A stretch of 63,752 nucleotides of DNA, counting the filler, from Conidiobolus incongruus B7586 (Eukaryota): NCBI GenBank assembly GCA_000697335.1. It is 10 parts of 10 records of this genome, joined end to end, with 100 filler letters (N's around TTAATTAATTAA, not from the genome) between each part and the next. Parts side by side here need not be neighbours in the genome. Positions count along the whole stretch, not along the records: positions 50,046 to 62,499 come from JNEM01007040.1; positions 62,600 to 63,752 come from JNEM01007045.1; 8 more parts are not named here. One strand, written 5' to 3'. How positions within the stretch are numbered: position 1 is the first letter of the stretch; every line of letters begins with the position of its first letter. Both the position numbers and the translations under genes were made by a program. Shown here in pieces: positions 52,979 through 63,752 of the stretch. The notes beneath the pieces are model-generated. The model ran no database searches. It worked only from the letters and a program-made list of their open reading frames with translations, and was not told the DNA's origin.

Positions 52979-53884
52979 TCAAGTCTTGTGAAGTTCGATC
53001 CAAACGATACCAGATCTTTCGGATTCTATTAAATTCCAGAATGAGGGATCACCATTTGTAAATTCTGAACAATTCAATTTGTAATTGGGATCCACTTCTG
53101 GATAAATCCATTGGAAGTGGGTAAATCCTGCGGCTTTGAAGCAGGATTCGTAAGTCTGCCGGCTGAGGTAGTAGTTGTCAAATTTGGTGCTGGGGCCGTT
53201 GATGCCTTCCGGTGTGTACCACATCTCAATTTCAATGCGGTCGCCGTCATGAGCCTTGGGCAGCAATGTGTTTGAAGTCTTACTGTCGATGGGAGGCGAT
53301 GGATAGCTCTTGGGATACCATTTACCCGTGATTTCGTACTTTTTATGATTTTCGAACATAACTTTCGGATGGAGACCGACATTGATATTCAGAGCAATGA
53401 ATTTTCCACCTGATTTTAAACTATTGTAAACGTTGCATAAAAATTGGGTCAATTGGTTTGCTGTACGGGCGTAGTTGAGTAAATATGCGGTGACGACTAT
53501 ATCGAAATCGCGATTGTAAAATGTATCAGGATGTTGGATGAGGTGGGAGGCGTCAGATCTCAGGTACTTGATCCCCAATTTTTGCTCGGATTCAATACGA
53601 TTCGCCAATTTTATTTGGCTATCAGAAATATCTACACCTATCATTTCGTCGATTAATTCGCTGAATTCGCACTTCAAGTACCTTGCGAAGTACCCGTCAC
53701 CACATGCCAAGTCCATCACCTTTAACTTGGAGCTGAGGTCCAGTTGATTACAAGCGTTTTCAAACACCTTTCGCATGGTGTAAGCCTCGATATACTGTCT
53801 GAGAGGCCTATGAGTAGTCAACTGGTAATGCTCGGCGATTTGATTATAGTGATTCCTAGCATCTTGAAACTCTATAACGGTCAT
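52979..53884 (-). CDS. class I SAM-dependent methyltransferase, 301 aa, intronless (small-molecule type)
   Basis: Motif I VMDLACGDG, GVDISDSQI, FDIVVTAYLLNYA and LKSGGKF. Confidence 0.9.
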   Translation of the reverse strand: MTVIEFQDARNHYNQIAEHYQLTTHRPLRQYIEAYTMRKVFENACNQLDLSSKLKVMDLACGDGYFARYLKCEFSELIDEMIGVDISDSQIKLANRIESEQKLGIKYLRSDASHLIQHPDTFYNRDFDIVVTAYLLNYARTANQLTQFLCNVYNSLKSGGKFIALNINVGLHPKVMFENHKKYEITGKWYPKSYPSPPIDSKTSNTLLPKAHDGDRIEIEMWYTPEGINGPSTKFDNYYLSRQTYESCFKAAGFTHFQWIYPEVDPNYKLNCSEFTNGDPSFWNLIESERSGIVWIELHKT

Positions 53885-54818
53885 TATTAAACAAAAAGAT
53901 AACTAATTAATAATTAACTAGAAAATTAAATTTTATGATACTATTGTAATATTTATACTTAATTCAAAATTCCCCTCAAATAAATTATTTATTGTTATTC
54001 AAAACATTTGGAATTTCCCCTGGATCGTTGGTCTTTCTTCACAGAATTACCCAATTTCTCCTTTAAATTTATCAGTTTCACTTTATTATTCTTTCAATTT
54101 TAATTTTGTATTATTACTAAGGTTTAAAATGATCAAAACATTGAATTAGTGTTTTAATTGGTTGAAAAAGATCTTTACCAATTCTAGAGGTCTTGAGCAA
54201 GTCAATCAGAGATTGAATGCAAAGGTTTAATTGGATACATTGATGATTTAATTTTTTGGAAGTTTACTACCAATTAAATTTAATTATGTTGTTTATTAGG
54301 ATAGTGATAATCTTTGGGATTGTGGTTTATCTTATACTCCTCTAACTACTTTGAATAGAATTCTTTGAAGATTTGATAAAATTTTATTCTGCTCTACCAA
54401 ATATTAAGTTCATCGAGTCAAGTTATGAATATTCTATATAACTCCCAAAAAACAGGTTAAAATAATAAGTTATTAGAATTTTATTATCACAATATTTACT
54501 ATTCAATTTTTTCTTCAATTAATATAAGAGAGTAACTCAAAATTTATTAAAATTTCAAAATTATTAGTACAACTGATATATATATATATATATATATGTT
54601 TTCAATTTGGATGATCCTATTGTTTTCTAAAAATAGCAATTCCCATTCAGAATCTAATTTTGTTTTTATCTTTAAAATTTTAATCCAATTTCAAAATTAT
54701 ATTTATAAATTTTTAATATTTTTGAAAATAATAAAATTAATCTCAAAGAAAATATTTTATTAGATTTTTTTTGTTGCTGAAATATTCCAAATTTTGTATA
54801 TATCATTACCACAAAAGG

Positions 54819-57778
54819 TTAAATATTCTCCAACCAACTCACCATAGCCGTATACAATTCGTATCTCGCTTCATAATATGGTAAACCGTGATCGTTGTCG
54901 GGGAAAGTATTCAATTTAAATTTGGTAATATGATTTAATTCGAATAAATCGATTAAACTTAAAGAATTCTGATAATGGACATTATCGTCAGCGACTCCGT
55001 GGAACATGACATATTGAGTGATATTGAATTGAGTCAAGTCGCTAATTGCGCTGGTGTAGTAATGATCTAATGGAGGATCGGTGGGAAGTCCCATGTAGCG
55101 TTCTGTATATATGGTATCGTAGAAGCGCCAGTCCGTAACAGGAGCTACCGCGAGGCCGAGTTTGAATACGTTGTCATAGTTGCGCTCAATTACTTTGGAG
55201 GTGAGATACCCGCCGTAACTCCAGCCCCAAATCGCCATGCGGTTGGCGTCCACATATGGGAGTTTGGAGTAGTGTTTGCCAGTAGCGATCACATCGTAAG
55301 CTTCCCATAAGCCTAACTTTTTGTGGACAATCGTGGCGAATTTACGGCCTTTGTAACCCGTGCCGCGACAGTCGACAATCACCACGATAGTGTCGTTATG
55401 GTTGCTTACAAGCCATTGGTCGTAGTCAATACCAAAGTGGCGTGTAACCAATTGCGACTCGGGACCTCCATACACTCGGAACAGAATACGGTACTTGCGA
55501 CTGGGATCGAATGTTGGGGGTCTCACTTCCTTGACATTGAATTCATGGCCTTCGACATTAACAGTGCGGAAATGGTATTGAGCAGCTGCCAATTGTTGTA
55601 ACTCTTCCTTAATTACTGGATTACTTTCAAGGATTTGGCCTTTGCCCAATGTTTTGCTGTTGAGGAGACGATGCTCTGGAATGCCGGGACCTTCGTAACT
55701 CAGCACAATGTGACCTCCCTTAGGTGAAACACTGGCATCAAATGTGCCGAAATTGCTTTTAGTCAAGTCGCCAACTTGCTTGCTGATGTGGACTTTATTC
55801 TTGCCATCCAAAGATACTGAGAATAGATGACTTGCTGTCGAGTCAACCTCTCTGCTCATGTAATAAACAGCTCCAGTTTCTTCATTGTAACCAACCACTT
55901 TTTCAACATCGTAATTGCCAGTGGTTAAAAATACTTTGGGTTCGTCGTCGTAAAGATCGTCGAAGAGTGCCAAATGGTAGTGATCGTTGTGAATAATGCG
56001 ATCAATGTAACCTCCGTGAGGGATGCCCAATTCGGCACTAGAAGGAACTGGATAGATAGGATGCGATTCGGTAGGATACCAAGCATCGTCGCCCTTTGCT
56101 CCAGAGGCCCAATCTTTCCCAGCCTTTTCAGAGCGAATGATATAGGCTAAATCATCTCCAACATCAACAATACATGTGAACACATGGTCTTGGACTCTGT
56201 TGGCAAATCTGACGATTGCTGCCTTGGAATCAGGGGTCCAGATAACATCGGTAAAGATAGGATCCTTAGGGATGGCGACCTTATTTGTGAATTGCTTGTT
56301 GGGCTCATAGTCTACAGGAATCAAATTGAGTTTGGGTTTGTAGCTCTTCTTATTATTGACCCATTCATCCAAATGGAAGATATGAAGTGTGACTTTGGGA
56401 TTGGGGAACCCTGGCTTAGGATATCTAATTTGTACATTTTGAGGGTATGGTGCCAAACGACTAATGGTAGCAGGATTCTTCAACATAATTTCTCTAGAAT
56501 GCTGCAGCCAGTTTTGATTCACTGTCTCTTCATCGCCAGAGCGTCTTGCAAATTGCTTGAAGTGGGATGGGTTGAAGATTGGATACTCGTAAACGGGGAC
56601 GTCAGTATCGTCAAAACTCAAATATGCCAGATGATTACTATCAGGACTCCACCACATTGCAGTGTCGGAACCAAATACCTCTTCCTCACAGACCCAGTCG
56701 GGAATACCGTTGAATTTAGAAGGACTGCCAGTATTAGTAACGCGAATAATATTTTCGAAATCGTCCTTAACAATGTAAATATCGTTGTCTTGAACGAATG
56801 CGATATCGTGGCCGGAAGGACTCCACTTAAATAAGGATAGATTTGGTACTTTATCCTCAGACAAGTTATCAGAATTCATAATCTTGGAAGCTATAGCTAC
56901 TGGAGTTATGGACGAATTTTCCAAAGAATATATACGATATTTAGCTAATTTTGAATGTCTCCAAATCCTCTTTTCGTTACTGACAATCGCGATATATTTC
57001 AAGTCGGATGACAAATGGTACGATGTATCCTGAAATCCATGTCTCTTAAAATCTTCCATATATGCTACGATTCGATTCTTATCGGGATTGTCGATATATT
57101 TGATCCAAATGGCACTCGTTGTCCCATCCATGTAGGTGTAAGCACCATCAGGCAAGTTTGAACCCTCCTGCCAGTTAACATTGTGGCCCTTGTCCCTCAA
57201 CTTCGAGTTGTAAAGATCAGTGTATTCCAAGGGTTTTCCTGAAGCGTTTACGGGGAATTCAAACTCGAACTTATCCATGTAAGATTTTAATTCTTTATCC
57301 GATAATTTAGGTACTGGCAAAGGAATAAGAGGTACTGAGTCCATATTTTCTTTATCTTTCTTAGTATTTAAACCATCAGAATTATCCAACTCTTTTAATT
57401 GAAATTGTTGGTTTGGTTTATAAATCACAAATACTATTTATAAAAAGAATTAATATTAGTTAATAAATATGAAAATATATAAGAATTACCAATAGCTGAT
57501 ATAATAATTACAATAGTAATAATTATGATCCCTAAATATAATTTTGGCAGCCTTCTCCCCTTCTATATAAAATTAATATTTAAATTATTAAAAATTAAAA
57601 ATAAAATTACTTTATATTTTCTCTTAGTAGTTATTGGGTCATTCGTTATTAAACTTCTCTCCAAATCGTTATCTTCAGGATTAATATCGACACTTGAGAA
57701 ACTCTGACGATTTTGACTATGAGGTAATAAATTAGTTCGACTATCGGTATCCATTTCGGATATGGTGGGTGACTTCAT
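54819..57778 (-). CDS. dipeptidyl aminopeptidase (S9B, DPP-IV; Dap2/Ste13-like type II membrane protein), 3 exons
   Basis: NGIPDWVCEEE, YPKPG, GWSYGGY, DDNVH and DNDH catalytic motifs. The ATG at 57778 splices through a short exon (~57562-57490) encoding the signal anchor LYLGIIIITIVIIISAI-VFVI into the 869-aa ORF. Confidence 0.95.
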
Positions 57779-58866
57779 AACTTTATATTTTTTATATTTA
57801 ATATTTTTATGATATTATTTGTATTTAAGTATATTTTTTGATTGATAATAAAAGATAAAAAAAAGTAATATTTTAATAGTGGGAAGATATAATGATGAAA
57901 ATAATTGAAAAAAGATAAAGAGTAACACTAGTGAAGACAAGAATTGATTAAATTAGTAAAATGAATTAATTAGCCCCTTTTTGTGGATTAATTAGGATTT
58001 TGATCATTTATTAATTTCGTATTTCAATTTATGTCATGAATCGAATTGGTTAAGTTTAAAATTGGTAATTTTAATGAAGATTCAGTTACAAAATAGAAAG
58101 ATTAGTAAAAAATTATTAAATTGAAAATATTAATAATATATTATGTATATATATATATATATATATATACTAATTTGTATTAATATTTTAAAAACACTAT
58201 ATAAAAAATTATCATTCATAAATTGAATATATTGTTCAAAGGAATTTGGAATAATATATATAATTTATTTGATTTAATATTTTATAATCTATATTAATTG
58301 AATTTTTTTCAAATTCTTATCAATTTTTCTAATTAATATTTATTATTGTCAAAATGATGATTTTGTTTTGAAAAGTGAAATTAATTATGTTGTCAAGTTT
58401 ATTATCAAGGGCGAATTAATAAGTTCTAATTATTTGATTATTTTGATTTATAGCATGGATTAGGATTACATTGTTTTTTTTGTTTTATAATATTTGATAT
58501 TTGAAATTATCACATCAGCATGTTCAATATGAATTTAATAATTAAAATTTTAATATTTATTATATTAATAATCGAAAATATATGGTATTAATATTCTATG
58601 TTCTATGAGAATAATTTTACAAATAATACTTTGATGGCACTAAGTATTTCTTAAGAACAAGTGGCTACAGCAAAATGTTATGATGTTGCAAAATAATCAC
58701 TATATATATACCCTAATTGAAGACTCAAATTTAAATAAATATTTTTTATAAAAACCTTAACAAAAATTAGTACAATCTATATACATTAAATAATATTTTG
58801 AAGTAATATTTTATTTAAAATTATTTTAATCAATTACATTTAATTTAAATTGATTTATACTTATAA

Positions 58867-59056
58867 ATCACCACCAAAGATTTTTTTTGTCACATATTAC
58901 GGTTTTGAGGGTAACTAATAAAATATATTAGGAAAATGACTATTGTGCAGGTGTTGGAATTTTATCCATACTGATATATATATTGAGATTTAACAATTCC
59001 TATTGGCTAGTACTTTTCGATTTCTGTTTTTAGGCCCAAAAATCTGCGGTGGTGAT
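58867..59056. repeat. 19-bp imperfect inverted repeat bounding 190 bp (MITE-like or structured RNA)
   Basis: ATCACCACCAAAGATTTTT (58867-58885) versus AAAAATCTGCGGTGGTGAT (59038-59056): 17 of 19 positions complementary. Confidence 0.5.
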
Positions 59057-61020
59057 ATACTATCGTAAACTATTAATTATAGTTATATAATTACTAACAA
59101 AAATAGTAATTTTCAAATTCAATATCAAAATGTAAAAATTACTAAACTTATAACCATATTAAAATAAAGCTTTGACTTAATATTTTTAATAAATGAATGC
59201 AATATAATTGTAACTATCCTTATATAACAAATATTGAATTATATAATCTAATGAATATATACTTGTATAAAAATTTTAAAATTATAATATTGGTTAATAC
59301 AATTTAAAATATTTTATTTCTATATGGTATTAGTTAATTTATTAATATATCAATTTACAAATAGTTATAAAACTATTTCGAAAAATATGAAGGTATTTAA
59401 ATAAATTCTTATAAATATATATATATTATTTTGATTTATTGAATAATATAATAATATTTCAAGTCCTCAATAAAATAGTACCTTTGTCTTTTTAGTAAAT
59501 AAGTGTTGCAAAAATTTTTAAACATAAATTATGAATAATATATTAGTTTTTAAATATATTTAACATTTATTAACAAAGGCAAATATCTCAAAAATTTCTA
59601 AAAACATTTTGAACAGTATGAAAAATTATTGTGATTATTTTTTATGATTCTTATATGTGCTTTTTACTTTGATATATTAAATTTAATAGTAAATTATGTA
59701 ATTTGTATTTAATAATTGTAATTACGAATGCATTTTTTAAATTAGAAATATTTAAGTATAGCATTTAAAATTAATATCATATTAATTTGAAATATAATTT
59801 TTTAAGTGTTCACTAGATCGTATCAATTTTAAGGAATTATTTCAATTCCTCAAGTTCAATTGTTTTCAACTTCAGCACTCAGATAATTAGTCTTTATTTT
59901 CAAAGATTTGTAATTAAAATTAATAAAATATAAAAATAAATTAAATAATCATTTAATTAACTTAGCAATCTATCTGGATTAATTATATTTCTTTTATAAT
60001 ATTTCACTAAATTTTATAAATCAATTTAATTGAATTTATTTTTAAAATATTTGCAAAATAAATTTTTAATATTTATTAAGTTTAAAGAGTTGATATTATT
60101 AAACTAATTATTTAAACATATTTTACAAAATAATATTTTAAAACCATATTAGTTTATTGGAATTTATTCAATAACTAAAACTAATATTAAAATATTTTTA
60201 AAACATATTATAATACATCTAATCTCATAAAATAATATTCATTATTAAATGTGGATATTTATTGAGTGTATATAAGTATATCACCGAACATGATTCATTC
60301 CCCATATTTAATCACAAAGGTTACTCAAATCATTTAATAGTTGGTCTATTATAAAATTCAAATATTAAAATATATATTTATAATTATTGCAGATAATTAA
60401 ATAATTACACAATCAAATTCAGCATAGAATTTTACTAATAAGCGATATTAAAATCAAATTGAATAATTTTTATTAATTAATCGCTTCGTAGTTTAGATTT
60501 CAATATTTTTTAGTTAAATTATAGTATTCATATAAATATCATTAATATATATATATTAATCATATTTATTTGTATACTATACAGTACTATCTTTTTTAAT
60601 TCGCTTTTTTTCAAATTGGGAAAAGTAATCACCATTGAAAAATATTGAATAATTATTATAAAATTCATTATATATATAAGTAAAAGTAAATTTATTATGA
60701 GAATTAATTCACAGTATTATAGTTTTAATTAAAAATATTTTTAAATAATTGTATTAATATTTATTAATTTAATTTATTTAGGAATTGAAATTATTTGAAC
60801 TAATTAATTATTTTAATATGAAAAAATATTTTGTGATATTTTTAAATAAAAATGAATATATCATATAAAATATTTTGATGAAATAAACATATTGATAATT
60901 GAATTAGTGTTCAAACTAATTTGAAATGTATTATGAAAGTTAGTATTCAATTCTTATTGAATTAATATATCAGGTTGAACCCATTTCAGAATTTTAATCG
61001 ATATTAGGAATTAATTTCAG

Positions 61021-61092
61021 GGTCTTATGGTGTAATGGTCAGCACCCAGGATTCTGATTCCTGTAATCTGAGTTCGATTCTCAGTGAGACCT
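61021..61092 (+). tRNA. tRNA-Gln, anticodon CTG, intronless
   Basis: Acceptor stem GGTCTTA/TGAGACC; D arm GTGTAATGGTCAGCAC; anticodon stem CAGGA-TTCTGAT-TCCTG; T arm CTGAG-TTCGATT-CTCAG; 72 nt. Confidence 0.97.
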
Positions 61093-62599
61093 TAAGGTTA
61101 TGTTGTCGATCGTACTTTTTATCTATTCAGATAATATAAATGTTTTTGTTAGATAATTGGTTTCAGTAATATTATATTGATAAATAATTAATAGAAAAAA
61201 TATAGAAATATGTTATTTTAATTATTTTTTGAATTCAAAATTATTTAAAATAAATTTAATAAAAATTACTATAAACATAAATGATTGTATTTCACTTGGG
61301 ATTATAAATATTTAAGATAAAATTGTAATTTTTAAATATATTACATTTTTAAAACAATAAAGATTCTAAATTTAATATACAAATAATGAGTTTAAAAATT
61401 GCAATTTTGTTAATATTACTCATTATATCCCAATTATACATCAGTAATTTATGATCCATTATTTGATATTTAAAAATTTAATCCAAATATCATATATCTA
61501 ATGTTCATTTATTAAAATGATCTTATCCATAAAACATAATACTTGAATTTAAGTTGATAGTCAAACTAGAAGCTATATTATTATTTACAATATTAATTAT
61601 TGGCAATACTAGTTATTACAATTTGGTTAATTTTTTCCAATCCAATTAAAATATATTTAATTTTACAAACAATTTAAAAAATTTAAAAAAATTGCAAATA
61701 ATAAATCTGATTTATATAGATATTTCTCTATATTTTATATTACATAAATTATATATATTTAAAATTTAGATTTTATTTAATTGATAAAAATTAAAAATAT
61801 CAATATTGGATAAGACAGTTTTGTCTTATATTTCTCGCATTATGTATCATTATTAATAATTGATATGATAATTTTGAAATTTATAAAGATTAGTTTGAAA
61901 TATATACAAATATTACATTATTCATAAATCTAGTGAATTTATATTCTAATTACCGATATTTAAATTATCTATTATTGATGTTTTTAATATTAAAAAATTA
62001 TTATAAATTAATTCATAATATAAATTTTTGAAAGATATTCGTTTATATTTTTAGTTTAAATAAGTAATAAAGCTGAATATCATATATTAAATGAGAATTG
62101 TGGAGCAACAGGTAATGGCATCATGTAATATATCCTTAATTAGATCCAAAGTATACTACATCATATATATTTATAGTTAATGAAAAGAGTAATAGATTAT
62201 TGATATTATATATTATATTTCTCTATCATAAATTAAATGTATATATAAAAATATATATTCTAATATTAAATATTTAATTATTAATTTATAGAATATAATA
62301 ATATTTTATTTATTTTATAAATTAAAACAATCTTTATTAAAATAGGCTTTCCAAAAATTTATATAATATATCATTAAACTTATAGCAAAGCCAAAAATAT
62401 ATAAAAATAGTCAAGACACTTGATAATATAATATTATGATAATATTATTCTTAATTAATTTAAAAATATATTGAAATATAAAATAACTTTATATATTAAN
62501 NNNNNNNNNNNNNNNNNNNNNNNNNNNNNNNNNNNNNNNNNNNTTAATTAATTAANNNNNNNNNNNNNNNNNNNNNNNNNNNNNNNNNNNNNNNNNNNN

Positions 62600-63752
62600 T
62601 TTAAATCCCTCTTTAAAAAAATCTATTTGTATATTAATTAACTTTATAAAAAAGATAAATCAACTTATAATATAACTAGAATTACTAGTGTTAATTAGTT
62701 TACTATTGTTAAAGTTGTTAAAAATAGCAATAAAAATATATTTAAACTTAAACTTAAAAATGTTAAAATTATAGATAAATATAATAAAAAGTATATTTAT
62801 AAGTTAGTTAGTATAAGAAAATATAATACTATTATAAAAATACAACAGGAATTATAAAACTATATAAAAATATTAGTTAATATTAATATTATTATATATA
62901 CTTTATATTATCATAGATACCAGTTATATTTTAAGAAAAAACACCTTTAACTAAAAAAATCCTATTATAAAACTAGGTAGGAATTTAAATATTGCTATTA
63001 ATATTAAATTGAAACTAATTAAAATAAGGTTATTTAGTTTAATGAAACAAAAATATATTTTAGTAAATCTAATAAAAAAGCTAAATACTTTAAAAAAGAT
63101 ACATAACTATTTAATGACTATTATATTAATTTTACCTAAAAGTAAAATAATAGGTTAATTATTGTTTAAAAATATATATTATTTTTAAATATAAAATATT
63201 TTTATAAAGTTAATAAAAGAATTAAGATTAAAATATACTAAAGAATTTTAAATAATAAATTGAAAAAAACTATTGAATAATATAGGTTAAATAAATCTAA
63301 TATTATTTTCTAGTTAGATAATACTTTTTGTTATATTATAGCTTCTACTACCAAAAAGTTTAAAAATAACAAGATAATAGTTATGAAATAACTTTTTTAA
63401 ATTTTTAACTTTAACCTAATTAAACATCTTTAGGATTAGTTAAAAAAAGTTATTAAAGCTTTCCTTTTAATAAAAGATTTAAATTAACTTTAGGAATATA
63501 TTTAAGAAGTATAGAATAAAATTAACCCTTTTTAATTTAAGAAGTTAGTTAATTTTATACTTTATAAACTTAAAAAAGTTGGAAAAGTTGAAAGTAGATA
63601 CACTAAGTTTTAATTTTTTTTATCATCAAAAACCTATAAATTTATAACTTATCTTAGATAAAATTTAAATATTTATATTTTAACTAATTAATAACTAAAT
63701 ATCATTATATAATAATATATATTATTAATAAATATAATAAATTTTAATTATT
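62600..63752 (+). mobile_element. Tc1-family element, heavily mutated, truncated by a gap and the window end
   Basis: Colinear with the reverse complement of 38630-39775. Inner DR aaaacctataaatttataacttatc at ~63630. Confidence 0.92.

Noticed and set aside
55323..56834. Antisense ORFs of 92 and 216 aa inside the DPP-IV gene (likewise 5939, 7340, 12275, 27534, 28364, 53074, 53538)
   Set aside because: Shadow or alternate-frame ORFs of GC-richer genuine CDSs, with no motifs.
15916..62599. Nine identical TTAATTAATTAA palindromes flanked by Ns
   Set aside because: Artificial six-frame-stop scaffold linkers, not biology; true gap sizes and contig order are unknown.
1..63752. CRISPR array, rRNA genes, prokaryotic operon or biosynthetic gene cluster
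   Set aside because: No repeat-spacer array or rRNA-like sequence; genes are spliced, eukaryotic and functionally unrelated.

Overview
Eukaryotic, very AT-rich draft-genome scaffold from a fungus. Short (~50 nt) GT-AG introns, a Zn2Cys6 factor, an F-box/LRR gene and a 7TM relic suggest an early-diverging, Conidiobolus-like lineage, but that placement is inference. There are nine apparently intact protein genes: F-box/LRR, NADH-cytochrome b5 reductase-like, Zn2Cys6 TF, peroxisomal MDH, class II HDAC, Nha1-type Na+/H+ antiporter, Trm140/METTL2 methyltransferase, an intronless SAM methyltransferase and a DPP-IV. There is also a tRNA-Gln(CTG), a candidate 40-aa secreted micropeptide and two pseudogenes absent from the ORF track (a head-to-head paralogue of the TF and a 7TM receptor). 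Nine 100-bp N/TTAATTAATTAA/N assembly linkers interrupt the sequence. Much of the apparently featureless AT-rich DNA belongs to two DNA-transposon families that can be reconstructed by eye: a ~1.3 kb DD34D mariner (8 copies or fragments) and a ~1.57 kb IR/DR-type DD34E Tc1 (5 copies), partly nested. Their copies are saturated with C->T/G->A transitions on both strands with almost no indels, while neighbouring genes keep CpG. This RIP-like, repeat-targeted mutagenesis signature is the most interesting signal in the window.
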